Shown one piece after another: positions 45,163 through 57,865 of a stretch of DNA of 64,000 nucleotides. How positions within the stretch are numbered: the first letter of the stretch is position 1; the number at the start of each line of letters is the position of its first letter. This DNA is from Rebecca billardiae RCC1528 (Eukaryota > Protista > Haptophyta), in assembly GCA_965240325.2 (NCBI GenBank), contig OZ251228.1, positions 744,001 to 808,000 on the forward strand. Direction: 5' to 3'. Both the position numbers and the translations under genes were made by a program. The notes below the pieces were generated by a model, which had not been told where the DNA came from, searched no databases, and saw nothing but the letters and a program-made list of their open reading frames with translations.

Positions 45163-46971
45163 TCAAACGCCAAGTTGCTGGCTGCCACTGATCTCGCTAC
45201 CCTTCCGCCGACCAACTGTCATCGCCGCAGGCTGCCGAGTGCTGGCGGGCGCGACCGCCGCGGAGGCCTGCTGCTCGAGCTCAGCGTGGATTTGCTGCAT
45301 TCGCTGGGCGGGCGAGGCGCCGCTCGCCGCGGCGTCCTCGTTGAGGCGATGGAAGAAGGTGGCGCACTCGAGGAGCGTCTGCGGCGCAGCAGGCCGCACG
45401 AGGTGAGCAGGGAGCCGGGCGCGTTGCGCGGCGGGGCCGGGCGGCGGAGGGGAGAGGCGAGGGCGAGCGGCGTGAGCTCGCGAGCGGCACAACGCGCGCG
45501 CGCGGGCACGCGCCGCCAGCGGGTGTCGCGCGCGCGCGCGCGCGCGCGACGCTGCTCGGCGCACCCTCCACGCGAGCATCAGGTCCTGCTCGTCCTCGAT
45601 CTTGACCCGGATGGCCATGCGCAGGCTGTCAGCCGCGCGCGCGAGCTCGGCGAGCCGCCGGCGCACCGCGGCCGACTCGGTGGAGGAGACGCCGCCCGCG
45701 ACGGCGACGAGCGTGTCGGCGCGCGTGCCGTGCTGTGTGCGCTGCATCGGCCGCTCGCGCACGCCGCCCGACGCCCCCGCCTCGTCGCGCTCCTCCGCCG
45801 CGTCCGCAGCGGCGCCTCGACGCCGCGCGTCTGCAAAGCCGCCGCCCTCGGCCGCGCTCGGCCGCGCGCGCACGCGCGCGCCGCGGCCTGCGACGGGCAC
45901 GGGCGAGTCCGGCAGCGAGGCGAAGCCGCGCACGCGCGCGCCGCGCCCCGCGCCGAGCGCGGGCGAGGCCGGCCCCGACGCCTGCCCGCGCTTCTCGTGC
46001 CAGCTCAGCAGCTCGGCCCACAGCTTGCTCTGTGCGACCCCTGTCGCGAACGCCAGCGCGCGGAGGTCGACCATGAACCTGAGGGCGGAGACGACGACGC
46101 GCTCGGCGCGCGAGAGCGCGTCCTTCTTGCCGTCGCGGCCGAGGTCGCCCGCGCGGAGCACCAGGCTGGCCGACTGCGCGAGCTGCGCCAGCGGGCGCTC
46201 GGTGATCTCCACGCCGAGCTGCGCGCGCGCGTCCTCGGCGAAATCTGCCGCGCTCCCCTCGGCACTTGACCAGCTGCGGAGCGCGTCGAGCTGCACGCTG
46301 ATCGGCGCGGGCGCGGGGGCGGCGGCCTCGGCGTCGAGCGAGCCCGGGCCGGCGGCGGCGACCTCGGCGCGCGCGCGCTCGGGCGCGCCCGCGCCGCGCG
46401 CGCCGCCGGTGCTCGGCGGCTCCCACGCCCGCACCTCCGTGCGCACCGGCGCCGCGGCCTGCTTGGACGAGCGCCTGCGGTGCGGCCGCTGCACGCTCCA
46501 CGGGCTGGGCAGGAAGTCGCCGCCGGCGCCCGGCGCGCCGCCCGGCCCGGCGGCGGCGGCGCGTCGCGAGAACGCGTCGGGCGCGGCGCTCTGGGAGACG
46601 AGCGCGCCGCCCTGCAGCGGCGGCAGCCTGGTGGCGGTCGCGGCGTTGCTCATGCTCGTCGCTGACATCTCCGCGGAGGTGCGCGGCGGCTGGAACGCCG
46701 GTCGTGCGGCGGCGGGCGGGTTCTGCACGCGGCGCACGTGCTGAAGCGGCGCGAGCCGAGGCAGCGGGCTCGTCTCGATGGGCTTGATCGGCCTGCCCTC
46801 CGCGCGCAGCCGCCTGCTCGGCGCCGTCTTGTTGGATGTGCGCGTGCGCTTTGCGCGCACGGGCTCGAGCTCGAGCACGCGCAGCTGCCCGCTCGGCAGG
46901 GAGGACGCCTCGGCATCATGTTCGCGTAGACGCGCGGCCGAGACATCCGGCGCGTAGCTGAAGACGCTCAT
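45163..46971 (-). CDS. Uncharacterised protein; probable in-frame intron 45379-45564
   Basis: Long ORF with globular patches (RVVVSALRFMVDLRAL, LRMAIRVKIEDEQDLMLAWR|TLLECATFFHRLNE). Confidence 0.6.
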   Translation of the reverse strand: MSVFSYAPDVSAARLREHDAEASSLPSGQLRVLELEPVRAKRTRTSNKTAPSRRLRAEGRPIKPIETSPLPRLAPLQHVRRVQNPPAAARPAFQPPRTSAEMSATSMSNAATATRLPPLQGGALVSQSAAPDAFSRRAAAAGPGGAPGAGGDFLPSPWSVQRPHRRRSSKQAAAPVRTEVRAWEPPSTGGARGAGAPERARAEVAAAGPGSLDAEAAAPAPAPISVQLDALRSWSSAEGSAADFAEDARAQLGVEITERPLAQLAQSASLVLRAGDLGRDGKKDALSRAERVVVSALRFMVDLRALAFATGVAQSKLWAELLSWHEKRGQASGPASPALGAGRGARVRGFASLPDSPVPVAGRGARVRARPSAAEGGGFADARRRGAAADAAEERDEAGASGGVRERPMQRTQHGTRADTLVAVAGGVSSTESAAVRRRLAELARAADSLRMAIRVKIEDEQDLMLAWRVRRAASRARARARHPLAARARARALCRSRAHAARPRLSPPPPGPAAQRARLPAHLVRPAAPQTLLECATFFHRLNEDAAASGASPAQRMQQIHAELEQQASAAVAPASTRQPAAMTVGRRKGSEISGSQQLGV

Positions 46972-47184
46972 CGCGCGCCACTCGCGGGCGTGGGCTTGGC
47001 CCTCGTAACGCGCCCGCCCACCCAGCCCCTGTGGCAGGCAGCCCTGCACCTGTCAGGAGGCTTTTTTTTGTGCTTTAACCAGCAGGGTTTCGTCGCGAGA
47101 AAAGCGAGCTGATGATGATTTTCAAAAAGGACGATAACGCCTTTCCGCGCGGCGAGAAAAGCCGAAAACAGCGCGAAATCCACA

Positions 47185-47828
47185 ATGGCGGCTGCTCTCA
47201 TCGTCCTTGCCGTAGGTGGCTTGGTGATGAGCCCAGCCAGGCGGTCGGATATGTGGCCGATTCGCCGGTCGCTGATCAGCGAGGCGATGAACCCGCTCTT
47301 CTTGAGCGCCGATGCTTTCGTCGTCGCGCGTGACGACGCGGGCGAATTTGCAGGATGCGCACAGGTGCGGCCGCTGGGAGACGGCACGCCCGAGCTGGAG
47401 CTTGCATCCGTGTTCGTGCGGCCAGATATTCGCGGCCAGGGCGTGGGCACGGCCCTAGTGCGTGAGTGCCTGCGCACCCGTCGGGCCGCGCAAGCACCCG
47501 TGTTCCTGCTCACGCTGAAGACGCAGGCCGAGTTCTACTCGCGCCTGGGCTTCAGCGCTGTGCCAGAGGGTGCGCCACTTCCCACTACCATGGGCGTTGA
47601 GCTCGCGCTCGGTCAGGTGGTCAGGTGAGCGCGCGTGGACCCCCCCCCCCCCCCTTCTCCCCCTCGCGTTTCGTAGCCAGTGTGGCGCACGCGGCCGGCT
47701 GACGGCCGGCCCTCCCCTGCCGGCTGCCGCTCGTGCGAAGCCGCATCGCAGGGCACCCAGAGGGCATCGTGGCCATGGCCTACCAGGGCAATGGCGGTGG
47801 CAATGCTCGAGCCACCGGCATGCGATGA
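47185..47828 (+). CDS. GNAT family N-acetyltransferase; predicted intron 47625-47740
   Basis: ELASVFVRPDIRGQGVGTALV (acetyl-CoA motif A), FYSRLGF; MNPLFL...FVVA. Confidence 0.88.
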
Positions 47829-48299
47829 CGATGCCTCCGACTAGACGGCCGCCGAGCTGCTCGCACCACGATTCCTGGCTACCGCTGGCATCCCATTACG
47901 CGGGCGCCTCACACTCGCCACTCTGCCCCTGACTCCTGAGCTGCGTTCGCCCGCGTAACGGCGGCGTAACCGTGGCAGCCGCTGGCATCCAGCGCTCGTT
48001 AATCCCGGCCAGGCCGTTCCCGCCGTCGTCGCTACAGTTTATTTGTTTTAACGTGCGTAAGGCTCACGGTGGCAGGTTGCCGCGCCATCCTTCATCGCAC
48101 GCTCTCCGAAGAGATCTCGACCTGGTATTGTTATTGATGTCGTCGCGTAGGTTTATTAAGGTTACATAAACATATCACATATGCAGTCGCAATAGGATTT
48201 TACATCATCACTTATAATATATACGGAGTCGCATAGGGCATCAACTGCATCACTCCGCGGCGTCTCATATGATCCCGTCCCCGCGGCCCCGGGCGAGGA

Positions 48300-48366
48300 T
48301 TCTTCTTCTTCTTCTTCTTCTTCTTCTTCTTCTTCTTCTTCTTCTTCTTTGAGTTCTTCTTCTTCT
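48300..48366. repeat. (CTT)n microsatellite
   Basis: Direct reading. Confidence 0.95.
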
Positions 48367-48649
48367 ATATATATATATAGTTATTTTTATATTTAATTAT
48401 AAATAACTACGGCGATATCGATTGCGAAGCTGCTCAGAGTATATAGCACGCGTGTAGCTATATAGCCTTATACAGTCTGAGACCGACTGATCAGTCAGCC
48501 TACGGCTACGACTAACGTCAACGAGTAACGTTGACAGTCCGCATTATGCTGACTGATATTGCGCGCCGCATAAGTCGTCGCGGCGGCGGGTTGCGGTCTA
48601 GCGGCGCCGGACGTCGCGGCACTCGTGATGATGCGCCGGCCCACTGCTG

Positions 48650-49438
48650 TCAGCGATGCTTCTCCACGACGCCGACGCCAAGCTCCACGCCATTGAACCC
48701 TTTGCCTGCCCTGATGGCCGAGATGGACGACTCGCAGTGCCCGTCCGGCACTGTGCCGTACCGTCGACCGAGGTCAGACGTTCGGAGCAGGCGCTCCACC
48801 TCGGTCAGGTTGTACGTGCGGCAGCCCACGTAGCCGAACGACAGGAAGGGGTAGCGCAGGGTTTTGTCGTCCTCCTTACCCGCGCGGAGGCTGTTGCGGG
48901 TGTCGACCGACGACTGGAACCCGCAGCACTGCCGCACGATGGACCACCAGCGCACGTACTGGTGCAGCGTCACGTGCTCGCGCTGGCTCAGCTGGAAGAA
49001 CTGTGCGTACTGCGCGAGCTCGGCCGCCCAGCCGCGCTCGACGAGCCTCTCGTACACCTGCACGTAGTGCGCGCCTCTCACCCAGCGCAGGTCGGCGTGT
49101 TGGTGCGCGGTCGCAAACATCACGGCGCTGGGGCATTTGGTCATGCTGTTCGGCGGAGAGTGCGTCTTCAAGACGTGGTACCGGCCGTCCTTCGCGACGT
49201 CACGGATGGTGGCGCACGTGACGACATTGCGGGTGTAGTTGAAGACCGCCCGCTGCTGATGCAGCACCTCCACCACCCGCATCAGGATCTCCGACTGCAG
49301 CGTGGTGGCCGTCCTCGGCTCGCCGTACTGCACGAACACACGCGCATCGCGCAGGTCCTGAGCGCTGAGCTTTGCGCGGCCCAGGGCACACGCGGCCAGG
49401 AGCAGCACGAAGAAGTAGTGCACGAGGCGCGTGCGCAT
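48650..49438 (-). CDS. Secreted/Golgi sulfotransferase-like protein
   Basis: Signal peptide MRTRLVHYFFVLLLAACALG; 5'-PSB-like VQYGEPRTATT; HVLKTH; VQVYERLV. Confidence 0.65.
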   Translation of the reverse strand: MRTRLVHYFFVLLLAACALGRAKLSAQDLRDARVFVQYGEPRTATTLQSEILMRVVEVLHQQRAVFNYTRNVVTCATIRDVAKDGRYHVLKTHSPPNSMTKCPSAVMFATAHQHADLRWVRGAHYVQVYERLVERGWAAELAQYAQFFQLSQREHVTLHQYVRWWSIVRQCCGFQSSVDTRNSLRAGKEDDKTLRYPFLSFGYVGCRTYNLTEVERLLRTSDLGRRYGTVPDGHCESSISAIRAGKGFNGVELGVGVVEKHR

Positions 49439-49648
49439 CGCCGGCTCCGCCAGCGCAGGCCGCGATGCGCGCAACCTCCGCGGGGCGGGCCGGAGGGGCG
49501 CGGTCGGGCGTTGGCGCACCGCGCACCAGAAATCCAGAATGGCAGAATCCGCGATCTCGCGGACTCGCGAACGGTCGGAGATCGCGCGTCGTCTGAACGC
49601 GGGTCCTAGCTGTGGGCAGCGCCGCACTGGCGGTTGTGCGCGGCCGCC

Positions 49649-51256
49649 ATGGGGCAGGGGCGCGACAACAATATCGAGGTGGTGGCGCGCATCCGCCCAT
49701 CGAAGCGCGCCTCTTCCAACTTCACTGTGAGCATGGACGAGTCGTTCGTCGAGGTGCACACGCCGCGCGAGGATTACGCTGGCGAGATCAACAATCGGAA
49801 GGAGCGGCACGCGTTTGGCTTCAACCGCGTGCTCGACCCGGCGGTCACGCAGGAGGACGTCTTCCAGAACGTGGCCCGCCCGGTCTGCGACTCTGCGCTC
49901 GAGGGGTACAACGCCACCATCTTCGCCTACGGGCAGACGGGCAGCGGCAAGACCTTCACGATCACAGGCGGCGCCGAGCGGTACGGGGATCGTGGCATCA
50001 TCCCGCGCTCGATCTCGTACATCTTCTCGGAGGTGGCGAAGCGTGGGGCGGACGTGGAGACCAACGTGCAAATCTCGTACATCGAGATCTACAACGACTC
50101 GGGCTACGACCTCCTCGACCCCTCGCACGACACCAAGGCGCTCGAGGACTTGCCCAAGGTGCGGCGCGGCCTCGCGCGCGCTGGCGCTGCGCACGGCGCG
50201 CGCCGCGCCGCGCGCGCGTGCGTGGCCGGGCGCGGGCGCAGCGCGCTTGCGTGGGCGCGAGGCGAGCACGCCGAGCGTGTCGGCTCGTGGCCACGCCGCA
50301 CGCATCGACCCTCTCGCGCCCGAACCGCGGCCGTGCCCGCTTCGCGCGCGCCGCGCCGCGCGCGCGAGCAGGTGACGACTCTGGAGGACGAGCACGGGGC
50401 CATCCACTCGCGCAACCTGGGCGTGCACACCGCGCGCACGGAGGAGGACGCGCTCAACCTGCTGTTCATCGGGGACACGAACCGGATGATCGCGGAGACG
50501 CCGATGAACATGGCCTCCTCGCGCTCGCACTGCATCTTCACGATGATCATTGAGTCGCGCCGCGCGGGCTCGGACACGCTGCGCCGCGCCAAGCTCAACT
50601 TCGTCGACCTCGCCGGCTCGGAGCGCGTGAAGAAGACGGGCGTGGAGGGCACGACGCTGCGCGACGCGAAGTACATCAACGTCTCGCTCCACTTCCTCGA
50701 GCAGGTCATCGTCGCGCTGCACGAGCGCTCCTCCTCCAAGTCGCACCGCGTGCACATCCCGTACCGCAACTCGATGATGACAATGGTGCTCCGCGACTCG
50801 CTCGGCGGCAACTGCCGCACGACGATGATCGCCACGATGGCGGCGGAGGAGGCGTCGCTGCCCGAGACGGTCTCGACGTGCAGGTTCGCGCAGCGCGTCG
50901 CGCAGATCTCCAACCGCGTCGAGATCAACGAGGAGGTCGACCCGAAGCTTATGATCGCTAGGCTGCGCGCACAGGTCAGTGACCTGAAGGCGGCGCTGGC
51001 GGAGGCGAGGGGCGAGGCGGGCGCGCGCACCGCGGCGCAGCTCAGCGACGAGGAGCGGGCGCGGTGCGCCGAGCTGGTGGCGGCGTACCTGCAGGACGCG
51101 TCGGCCGACGCGGTGCTCGAGGCGGGCGACGCGGCGCGCGCGCAGTACTGCTTCGCGCTCCTCAAGCAGCGAGTGCTCGGGCTGTTCGAGGCGGGAGGGC
51201 CGATGGTGGGCTCGCGGCCCGACAGCGGAAGCGTGCCCGTGCCGCCCGCGGCGGCG

Positions 51257-51298
<42 letters not shown>

Positions 51299-52734
51299 TC
51301 GAGCTCGTCCGTCGCGGCGCTCGAGGTGCAGCTCCAGCAGCGCGACCACGAGATCGCAATCCTTGTCTCCATGCTGAAGAAGCGCGGCAACAATGGCGGC
51401 AACAATGGCGGCAGCGGTGGTGAGGATGCTTGGACGCAAGCGGGCGGACGCGCCGACGGCGCGAGCGGGCGCACGCCTGGGCTGAGCGCCTCGCTGCGTA
51501 GCGGCGGGGGCGCGGGCGCAGCGGGCGACGACGCCGCGCGCGCCTACCGACCAGGCGCGCCCGGCGCGACCGGGGCGGACGCGCTCATTGCCGCCGGAGG
51601 GCACGCGGTCGCGGCCGCCGAGCGCGCGCTCGCCGGGGGGGCGGGCGGCGGCGGCATGGCTGAGAGCGCGGGCAGCGGGGCCCGGGGCGCGGGCAGCGGC
51701 GCGAGCGCGCGCGAGCACGCGGCGGCGGCGCGCGGTGCCGCCAGCGCAGCGGCCGCCTTGCCAGCCGACGTGGACGCGGGCGCGCTGCTGCAGGACCGCA
51801 ACGCTGCGTTCGAGCACTTCCGCAAGAGCTACCGCAAGAACCAGGTGCGAGGGGGGGGCGGTGGGCGCGGGACGGGGGCGGCAGGTGCGCGGGGCGGGGC
51901 GGCAGGCGAGGGGGACGGGGGCGGCAGGCGCGCGGCAGGTGCGCGGGAGGGGCGGGCCGGCGCGGGGCGGGACGGGGCCGGGCGGGCATGGGCAGCCAGC
52001 GGTGGCGGGTGAGGAGGCGGAAGGCAGCGAGAGCGCGGCGGGGAGACGCGCGCGCGCGCGAGACGACTGCGCCCGCGCTGCGCGCATCTCCGCCCACGCG
52101 CCCGCGTACCGACGCGCCGTCCCGCGCCCGCCCGCCCGCCCGTGTGCCTGCCCGCCCGCCCGCGCGCGCGCTTGCGTGCGCGTGCACGCAGGTGATCGAG
52201 GAGAACAAGGCGCTGCTCAAGGAGAAGTACGCGGAGGCGAAGGCGCTCGGGGCGGCGGTGAACTCGTCGCGCGCGCGGATCAACAAGCTCAAGAGCCACA
52301 TCGAGCAGATCCGCGTCGAGCGCGCGATGCAAGGGCTCACGGCCGACGGCTCGGCCGAGGGCGAGGAGGACCCGGAGGAGGCGCGCAACAAGGACGCGAT
52401 CGAGAAGGAGAAGCTGGCGTACAAGACGGCGTTCACGCGGCTGAAGGAGCTGAAGACGGAGATCGAGCACCTGCAGCTCATGCTCGAGCAGTCGCGCAAG
52501 CGGCTGCAGCACGACTTCGAGGCCTGGTTTGGCGTGCTCGAGAAGCAGTCGGCGACGCCCGCCGCAGCACGCGGCGCCCCGCCGGCGCCGATGCCGGCGG
52601 ACGGCGGCGGTGGGGCGGGCGGCGGCGGCCCGCAGCTGACGGGCAACCGCGAAGTCGATGCTGAGATCATGGCCTTCTACCGCGCGCGGGAGAGCCTCTT
52701 GCAACAGCAGCAGCAGCAGCCCGGCGCGCGGTGA
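49649..52734 (+). CDS. KIF6: Kinesin-9 family motor (KIF6-like); introns 50159-50371 and 51845-52191
   Basis: FAYGQTGSGKTFTITGGAERY, IAETPMNMASSRSHCIFT, VDLAGSER, HIPYRNSMMTMVLRDSLGGNC; tail AFEHFRKSY and LQHDFEAWF. Confidence 0.93.
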
Positions 52735-52827
52735 GCGAGGCGTGAGCACGTGCGGCCACCATCGTGAAATCTCGTCATCGATCGTCGACGGTCATTAAAA
52801 TTAATCAGAAGAAGTAGAAGCAGCAGA

Positions 52828-54309
52828 ATGGCGGCCGCGCAGCTGAACCGCCTGTGGGTGCTACTCCCATCGCTCGGCGCCGTCGCGGCGAGCTCGATTC
52901 CGCTCGCCGGAGACGCCTCACGCATCGTGCTCGAGGCGAGCGTGCCGCCTGGTGTCTCACCAGTGCGCGCCACGCTATCGTCTCTCACCGTCGCGCGTCG
53001 CCGGCTGCGCGGTCCGTGCTCGGTGCACGAGCTCGGCTCGATCGTCGCCGACGCGCGCACTGCCGCTCAAGGGGCGGCGTGCGCTGTGTGCGAGCCGGGC
53101 ACGAGCGAGGCGCTCCTGATCGTCGACCCGGCCGACGTGCGATCCATCCGCACGCCGCTCAAGCGGCTCCTGGCGCGCGACGTCGTGCGCAGATCCCGAA
53201 ACGAGACCGCACTTGCGCTGAAGGGACGCTGTCGCGCCGCGCCGCCACCCGCCGATCTCGCGCTACTCGTGCCCACGTACCCAGGCCACGTGGCCTACTA
53301 CGTCGCGCTCGTGCGCTCGCTCTCGTGCCTCCCGCGCGCCACCTCCGCGCCGTGGGACCTCGTGAGCGTGCTGGGCTCTGTGCCGGACCTGGTGGCGGTC
53401 GCGCGGGCGGCGCACGGCCGCGGCACGCCCGCCGCGCGCTTCCTCATCTTCGACGGCGCGCCGCCCATCCAGCCGGATATGCGCGCCCCCGGCTTCAACA
53501 AGTACACTTATCAGTCGTGCAAGAAGCTCTGGGCGTGGCACCACGTGCGGCACGAGTACGTGCTCGTTCTCGACTCGGACTTTCGATTGCTGCGTCCAGT
53601 GAATCTGCATGCACTTGCGCCGCACCTCGCGTGGACGGTGCATGCGACGGACGTGGCGAACCGGTTCGGCTTGGACCGGAAGGTGCTGGCGTTCACCAAC
53701 ATGCTGCTGCCGCCCCGGCTGCAGCTGAAAACGCTCTTCCCCTTCGAAATGCCGTGGGTGATCGCGCGGCCGGTCGCCGACCGGCTACACGCGCGGCTTC
53801 GCCACCAGCTGCGAGCAGAGCAGCTCGGCGAGATGGCGCGCGGTGGCGGGGGGCCGTCGGCGGGAGGAGGCGCTGCGTACGACTACATCCAGGCTTTGCT
53901 CGACATGGACAGGCCTCTGAACTTCTTTGAGATCATACTCTACCGCGCCGTGCTGCTCGGCGACTTCGGCGCCAACGTGACTTTGCTCCCGCTGTCCGCC
54001 CAGCAGCAGAAGCGGCCCTTTGGCACCGCTGGCTATATGTTCGAGCGAAGGCTTGACAACCGCGCGCGTGCGCAGCTGTACGCCGCGGCGCCCGCGCTAC
54101 TAGCGGCGGACGGAGGCGCCGGATACGGCGTGAGCACTGCGGATGTGGTATGCCAGGAGGCGCGCCGCCGGAAAATATCTCGGGCGAGCGACCGCCAGAA
54201 CGGCAAGCCGTGGCTGCTGGTGCACGCCGACCGCGCCGACATCCTCGGCACGTGCTCCGAGGGCGAGGCACCGATGCCCTTTTGCGCTTCTAATGACAAG
54301 CCTATCTGA
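52828..54309 (+). CDS. Putative GT-A fold glycosyltransferase-like protein with signal peptide
   Basis: ALLVPTYPGH, KYTYQSCKKL, EYVLVLDSDFRLLRPV (DxD). Confidence 0.65.
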   Translation: MAAAQLNRLWVLLPSLGAVAASSIPLAGDASRIVLEASVPPGVSPVRATLSSLTVARRRLRGPCSVHELGSIVADARTAAQGAACAVCEPGTSEALLIVDPADVRSIRTPLKRLLARDVVRRSRNETALALKGRCRAAPPPADLALLVPTYPGHVAYYVALVRSLSCLPRATSAPWDLVSVLGSVPDLVAVARAAHGRGTPAARFLIFDGAPPIQPDMRAPGFNKYTYQSCKKLWAWHHVRHEYVLVLDSDFRLLRPVNLHALAPHLAWTVHATDVANRFGLDRKVLAFTNMLLPPRLQLKTLFPFEMPWVIARPVADRLHARLRHQLRAEQLGEMARGGGGPSAGGGAAYDYIQALLDMDRPLNFFEIILYRAVLLGDFGANVTLLPLSAQQQKRPFGTAGYMFERRLDNRARAQLYAAAPALLAADGGAGYGVSTADVVCQEARRRKISRASDRQNGKPWLLVHADRADILGTCSEGEAPMPFCASNDKPI

Positions 54310-55264
54310 TGAAGTGTCATGTAGCTGTCATCAAGCTTCTCTGAGCTCCCGGGATGACTGAATACGGAATAGACGACGCGGAATTCTGCAGATGAAAAAT
54401 TCCAATTCAAAAAGCAATCACCTCGGCCGCATGCCTGGCACACTACCACAGGAGCGGAGACGCTGGCCCTGGAGCGGCGAGCGAAGCTACAGGCGGGCTG
54501 CGAGCGCTGACGGCATTCCATGAAAGATGCGCAAACATCCACCCGGCTCGACCAATACCATAGGCATAACTCGCCGGACCGCGCCACGTGCGAACGGAAT
54601 TGCACGCTGGACCTCCTCTCGTGGGCCGTGCATCCACTCTGGGACGCAGGCCGACGTACGGCAAAGAGCTTCGAGGACAAGCGCGGCCGGGCTCGGCGGC
54701 TTCGGCGGTTTTTCGGCCATCGCGGCCACCGCCGTTGCGCCGGCCAGGGCCGCGAGGGCCACACGTCTGGTCGTCAGCAAAAACTCGGAGGTGTGGCCGC
54801 ATGCACGCTTCGAACGACGACGACGGCACACCGACAGATGTCGCGGACGCTCGTGGTCGGTTATCGGAACGGCGAGGCGATACGATTGGCATATGCGAGT
54901 GAGTACTTCTCCACACATTCTTGAAGGTTGTCCTAGGAGGACCGTTTGTATGAAAGTAATCCCCACGCCACATACAAAGAATCGAGATCGCGCGCGCGAA
55001 CATTGTCCTATTTGCCAATACGGTAGAGGAGTCGGGGGGGGAGCATCAGGTAAAAGTGTGTTGTGCGTCATAAGCCTGCCAGTGCGCTTTTTTCCTCAAC
55101 TGCCGGCAGCCATCGTGCGCCGAGGGGGACTATCAACTCTATCTGCGATTCATCAACGTCGTAATTTCGGTAGCAGTCATCTTTCGGCGTCGAGCGGACG
55201 GGCAGGCCGTGGACTCCACCCATCCATCCAGCGCGCGCGCGATCTCACACACTACCACATCGTA

Positions 55265-56893
55265 ATGTTGCGCCACTTCACGCGGCCGCTCTCGACGGGT
55301 GGTGGGAAGGAGAAGATCGCGATGATCGGCTCTGGGAACTTTGGGACGGCGCTTGTCCGGCTGCTCGGGCGCAACGCCGCGCGCCACGACATCTTTGACA
55401 ATGAGGTCAAGATGTACGTGTACGAGGAGCAGGTGGACGGCCGGCCGCTCACGCAGATCATCAACGAGAAGCACTGCAACGTCAAGTACCTGCCAAACGG
55501 TCCGCTCCCCGAGAACGTCGTCGCCGTGCCCGACCTCGCCGAGGCGGCAAAGGACGCGACGATGATCGTCTTCTGCACACCGCACCAGTTCCTCAAGCCG
55601 ATGATTGCGACGGTGAAGCCAGTGCTCGCGCCCGGGTACAAGGCGCTCTCGGCCGTAAAGGGCATCGACTTCGACGACAAGGGCATCGTCTTGATCTCGG
55701 ACATGATCCGCGAGCAGCTCGGCTGCGACACGTCGGTGTTGATGGGCGCCAACGTGGCGAACGAGATGGCCACCGACCAGGTGCGCGATGGCTCGCGCCC
55801 GCCGCCGAGCGCGCGCAGCCCGCGGGAGCGGAGGCTCACCCGCCGGGCCGAACCCGCCATCCACGCCCGCGCCGCCGCGCGCAGTTCTGTGAGACCACCA
55901 TCGGCTACTCGGACGTGAAGAACGGCGAGCTCTTCAAGCTCGCGTTCCATGACCCATCGTTCAACGTCGGTCTCGTCAACGACACCGTCGGCGTCGAGCT
56001 GTGCGGTGTGTGGGCGGCCCTCGCGCGCGCGAGCCGGGGGGGGGGTCGGGGAATAGCCCGGCCGCGCCGCCGCGCGCGGCCTCGCCGCGCGCGCTCGCCG
56101 CATGACGCACGCGCCGCCGTCGGCGCGCCCGGCGCGCGCAGGCGCGCTCAAGAACATCGTCGCGATCGGCGCGGGCTTCTGCGACGGCCTCAAGTACGGC
56201 GGCAACACCAAGGCCGCGATCATCCGCATCGGGCTGAAGGAGATGAAGAGCTTCTGCAACACCTTCTACTCGGGCATCCAGGTGCGCCCCCGCGCGCGAG
56301 GAGGATGGGCGGTGGCGCGGCGCGCTCGGCGGCACGCGCTCAGCTGGCATGCTCGCCGCGCCCCCGCCGCGCCGCGCGCGCGCCCGCGTGCGCGCCGCGC
56401 TGTGCGACACGCAGGACGACACGTTCCTGGAGTCGTGCGGCGTGGCCGACCTGATCACCACGTGCTTCGGCGGGCGCAATCGCAAGTGCGCGGAGGCCTA
56501 CGCCGCGTCCGGCGGCAAGCGCACATTCGATGACATCGAGCAGGTGCGCCCAGCGCGCGTGCGCGCTCTCAACGTTGGCGCGCGGCGCACGCGCGAGCGC
56601 TTGCGCGTCCGTGTCAGCTGTGGCACTCGCATCGAGCACTCGCACCGTGCTGCTGTGCGGAGCGCAGCTTGCTGACGCGCGCGCGCGTGCGCCCGCGGCG
56701 CGAAACGCGCGTGCTGCGCGCGCAGGATATCCTCAAGGGCCAGAAGCTGCAGGGCACGCTCACGGCCAAGGAGGTGAACCACGTGCTCAAGATGAAGGGC
56801 ATGGAGGACAAGTTCCCCTTCTTCACGCAGGTGTACAAGATCTCGTACGAGGGCGCGCCGGTCGAGTCGATCACGACGACGCCGTACTACTGA
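55265..56893 (+). CDS. GPD1: NAD-dependent glycerol-3-phosphate dehydrogenase; introns 55781-55884, 56006-56141, 56282-56414, 56544-56725
   Basis: [74 protein letters not shown]. Confidence 0.97.
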
Positions 56894-57398
56894 GCAGCGG
56901 CAAGGCTGCGCTGCTTGGGCGCGCTGCCAGCGAGCGTTCAACCAGCGGCGGGCTGATCCGGAGACCGGACCGGCAGTCGACCGCCCGACGGTCCGAGTCC
57001 ACGCGGCGCGCCAAATATATTCACTCTTAAAGTAATAATGGGCCGCCACGGCTGATCCTGAGTAGTGATCGGAGTGTGACGACAGTGCGACTCCGCGGAG
57101 GCCGCCGGTGCCCGGACTCGGCGCTGGAGTGCTGGACGACGGTCACGCGGAGTGATGGCGTCAGTCGCGCTGTGCCAAGTCATCTTTAGAGTCCGAGCTA
57201 TAGTACTCATGTGCCGCATAATCGGATCATAACTCATAATGACCGAATAATGCGCCGCAGTGACCGGTACGGTCTGAGTGTCTGACTGACTACGAGCTAG
57301 AGTCGTGACGACTCGGACCGCGAGGGCGTGAGTGACACTGAGTACTACTACTGACTGACAGTGGGCACAGTGGCGTCGGACTGACTGTCTGTGACTGC

Positions 57399-57865
57399 TA
57401 GTGCTAGAGGGGTCAGAGCCCCACTGGGGGGTGCGTTGCCCAAAATCCAACTTCCTGTCGTCTTGAGATGAGGCTCTCAAACTTGGGGATGTCAATATTC
57501 GCCTGAAATGACCTGGGGTCACGCTGACAAGTTCATTTCTGTTTTGCGAAAAAATGTCACAGCAATACTGGAGATATACGACCTCAATCTCGACGCGATC
57601 TCGACAACATTAGTAGGGGAGATACACGATCTCCAAGGTGATCTCGCTATTCGCACCAGAATCGCACCGTCTGGCGTCTAGATCACATTTTGGCAGTCTG
57701 AAATTGGCACAGGCGGATTCTACACCCTGGAATTAAGCCTAAACGAACTTAGTCTTAAACGGACTCAAACATTAACAGTTACAAACCGAGGAGATATTTC
57801 ATATTTCGAGATTTCGGGAGATTGTGTCGCTCGGGAGTGTAACGGTCGGAGCTCTGACCCCACTA
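57399..57865. mobile_element. Non-autonomous TIR element, family D, with 9-bp TSD TGTGACTGC
   Basis: TAGTG(ctaga)GGGGTCAGAGC ... GCTCTGACCCCACTA; TGTGACTGC at 57390-57398 and 57866-57874; AT-richer interior. Confidence 0.8.

Noticed and set aside
48650-52087. 1145-aa minus-strand ORF
   Set aside because: Only the last ~260 aa (from ATG 49438) look like a gene; the rest is the antisense shadow of the kinesin.
54487-54720. Short minus-strand ORF (MAEKPPKPPSPAALVLEAL...) divergent from GPD1
   Set aside because: No recognisable motif; support too weak to call.
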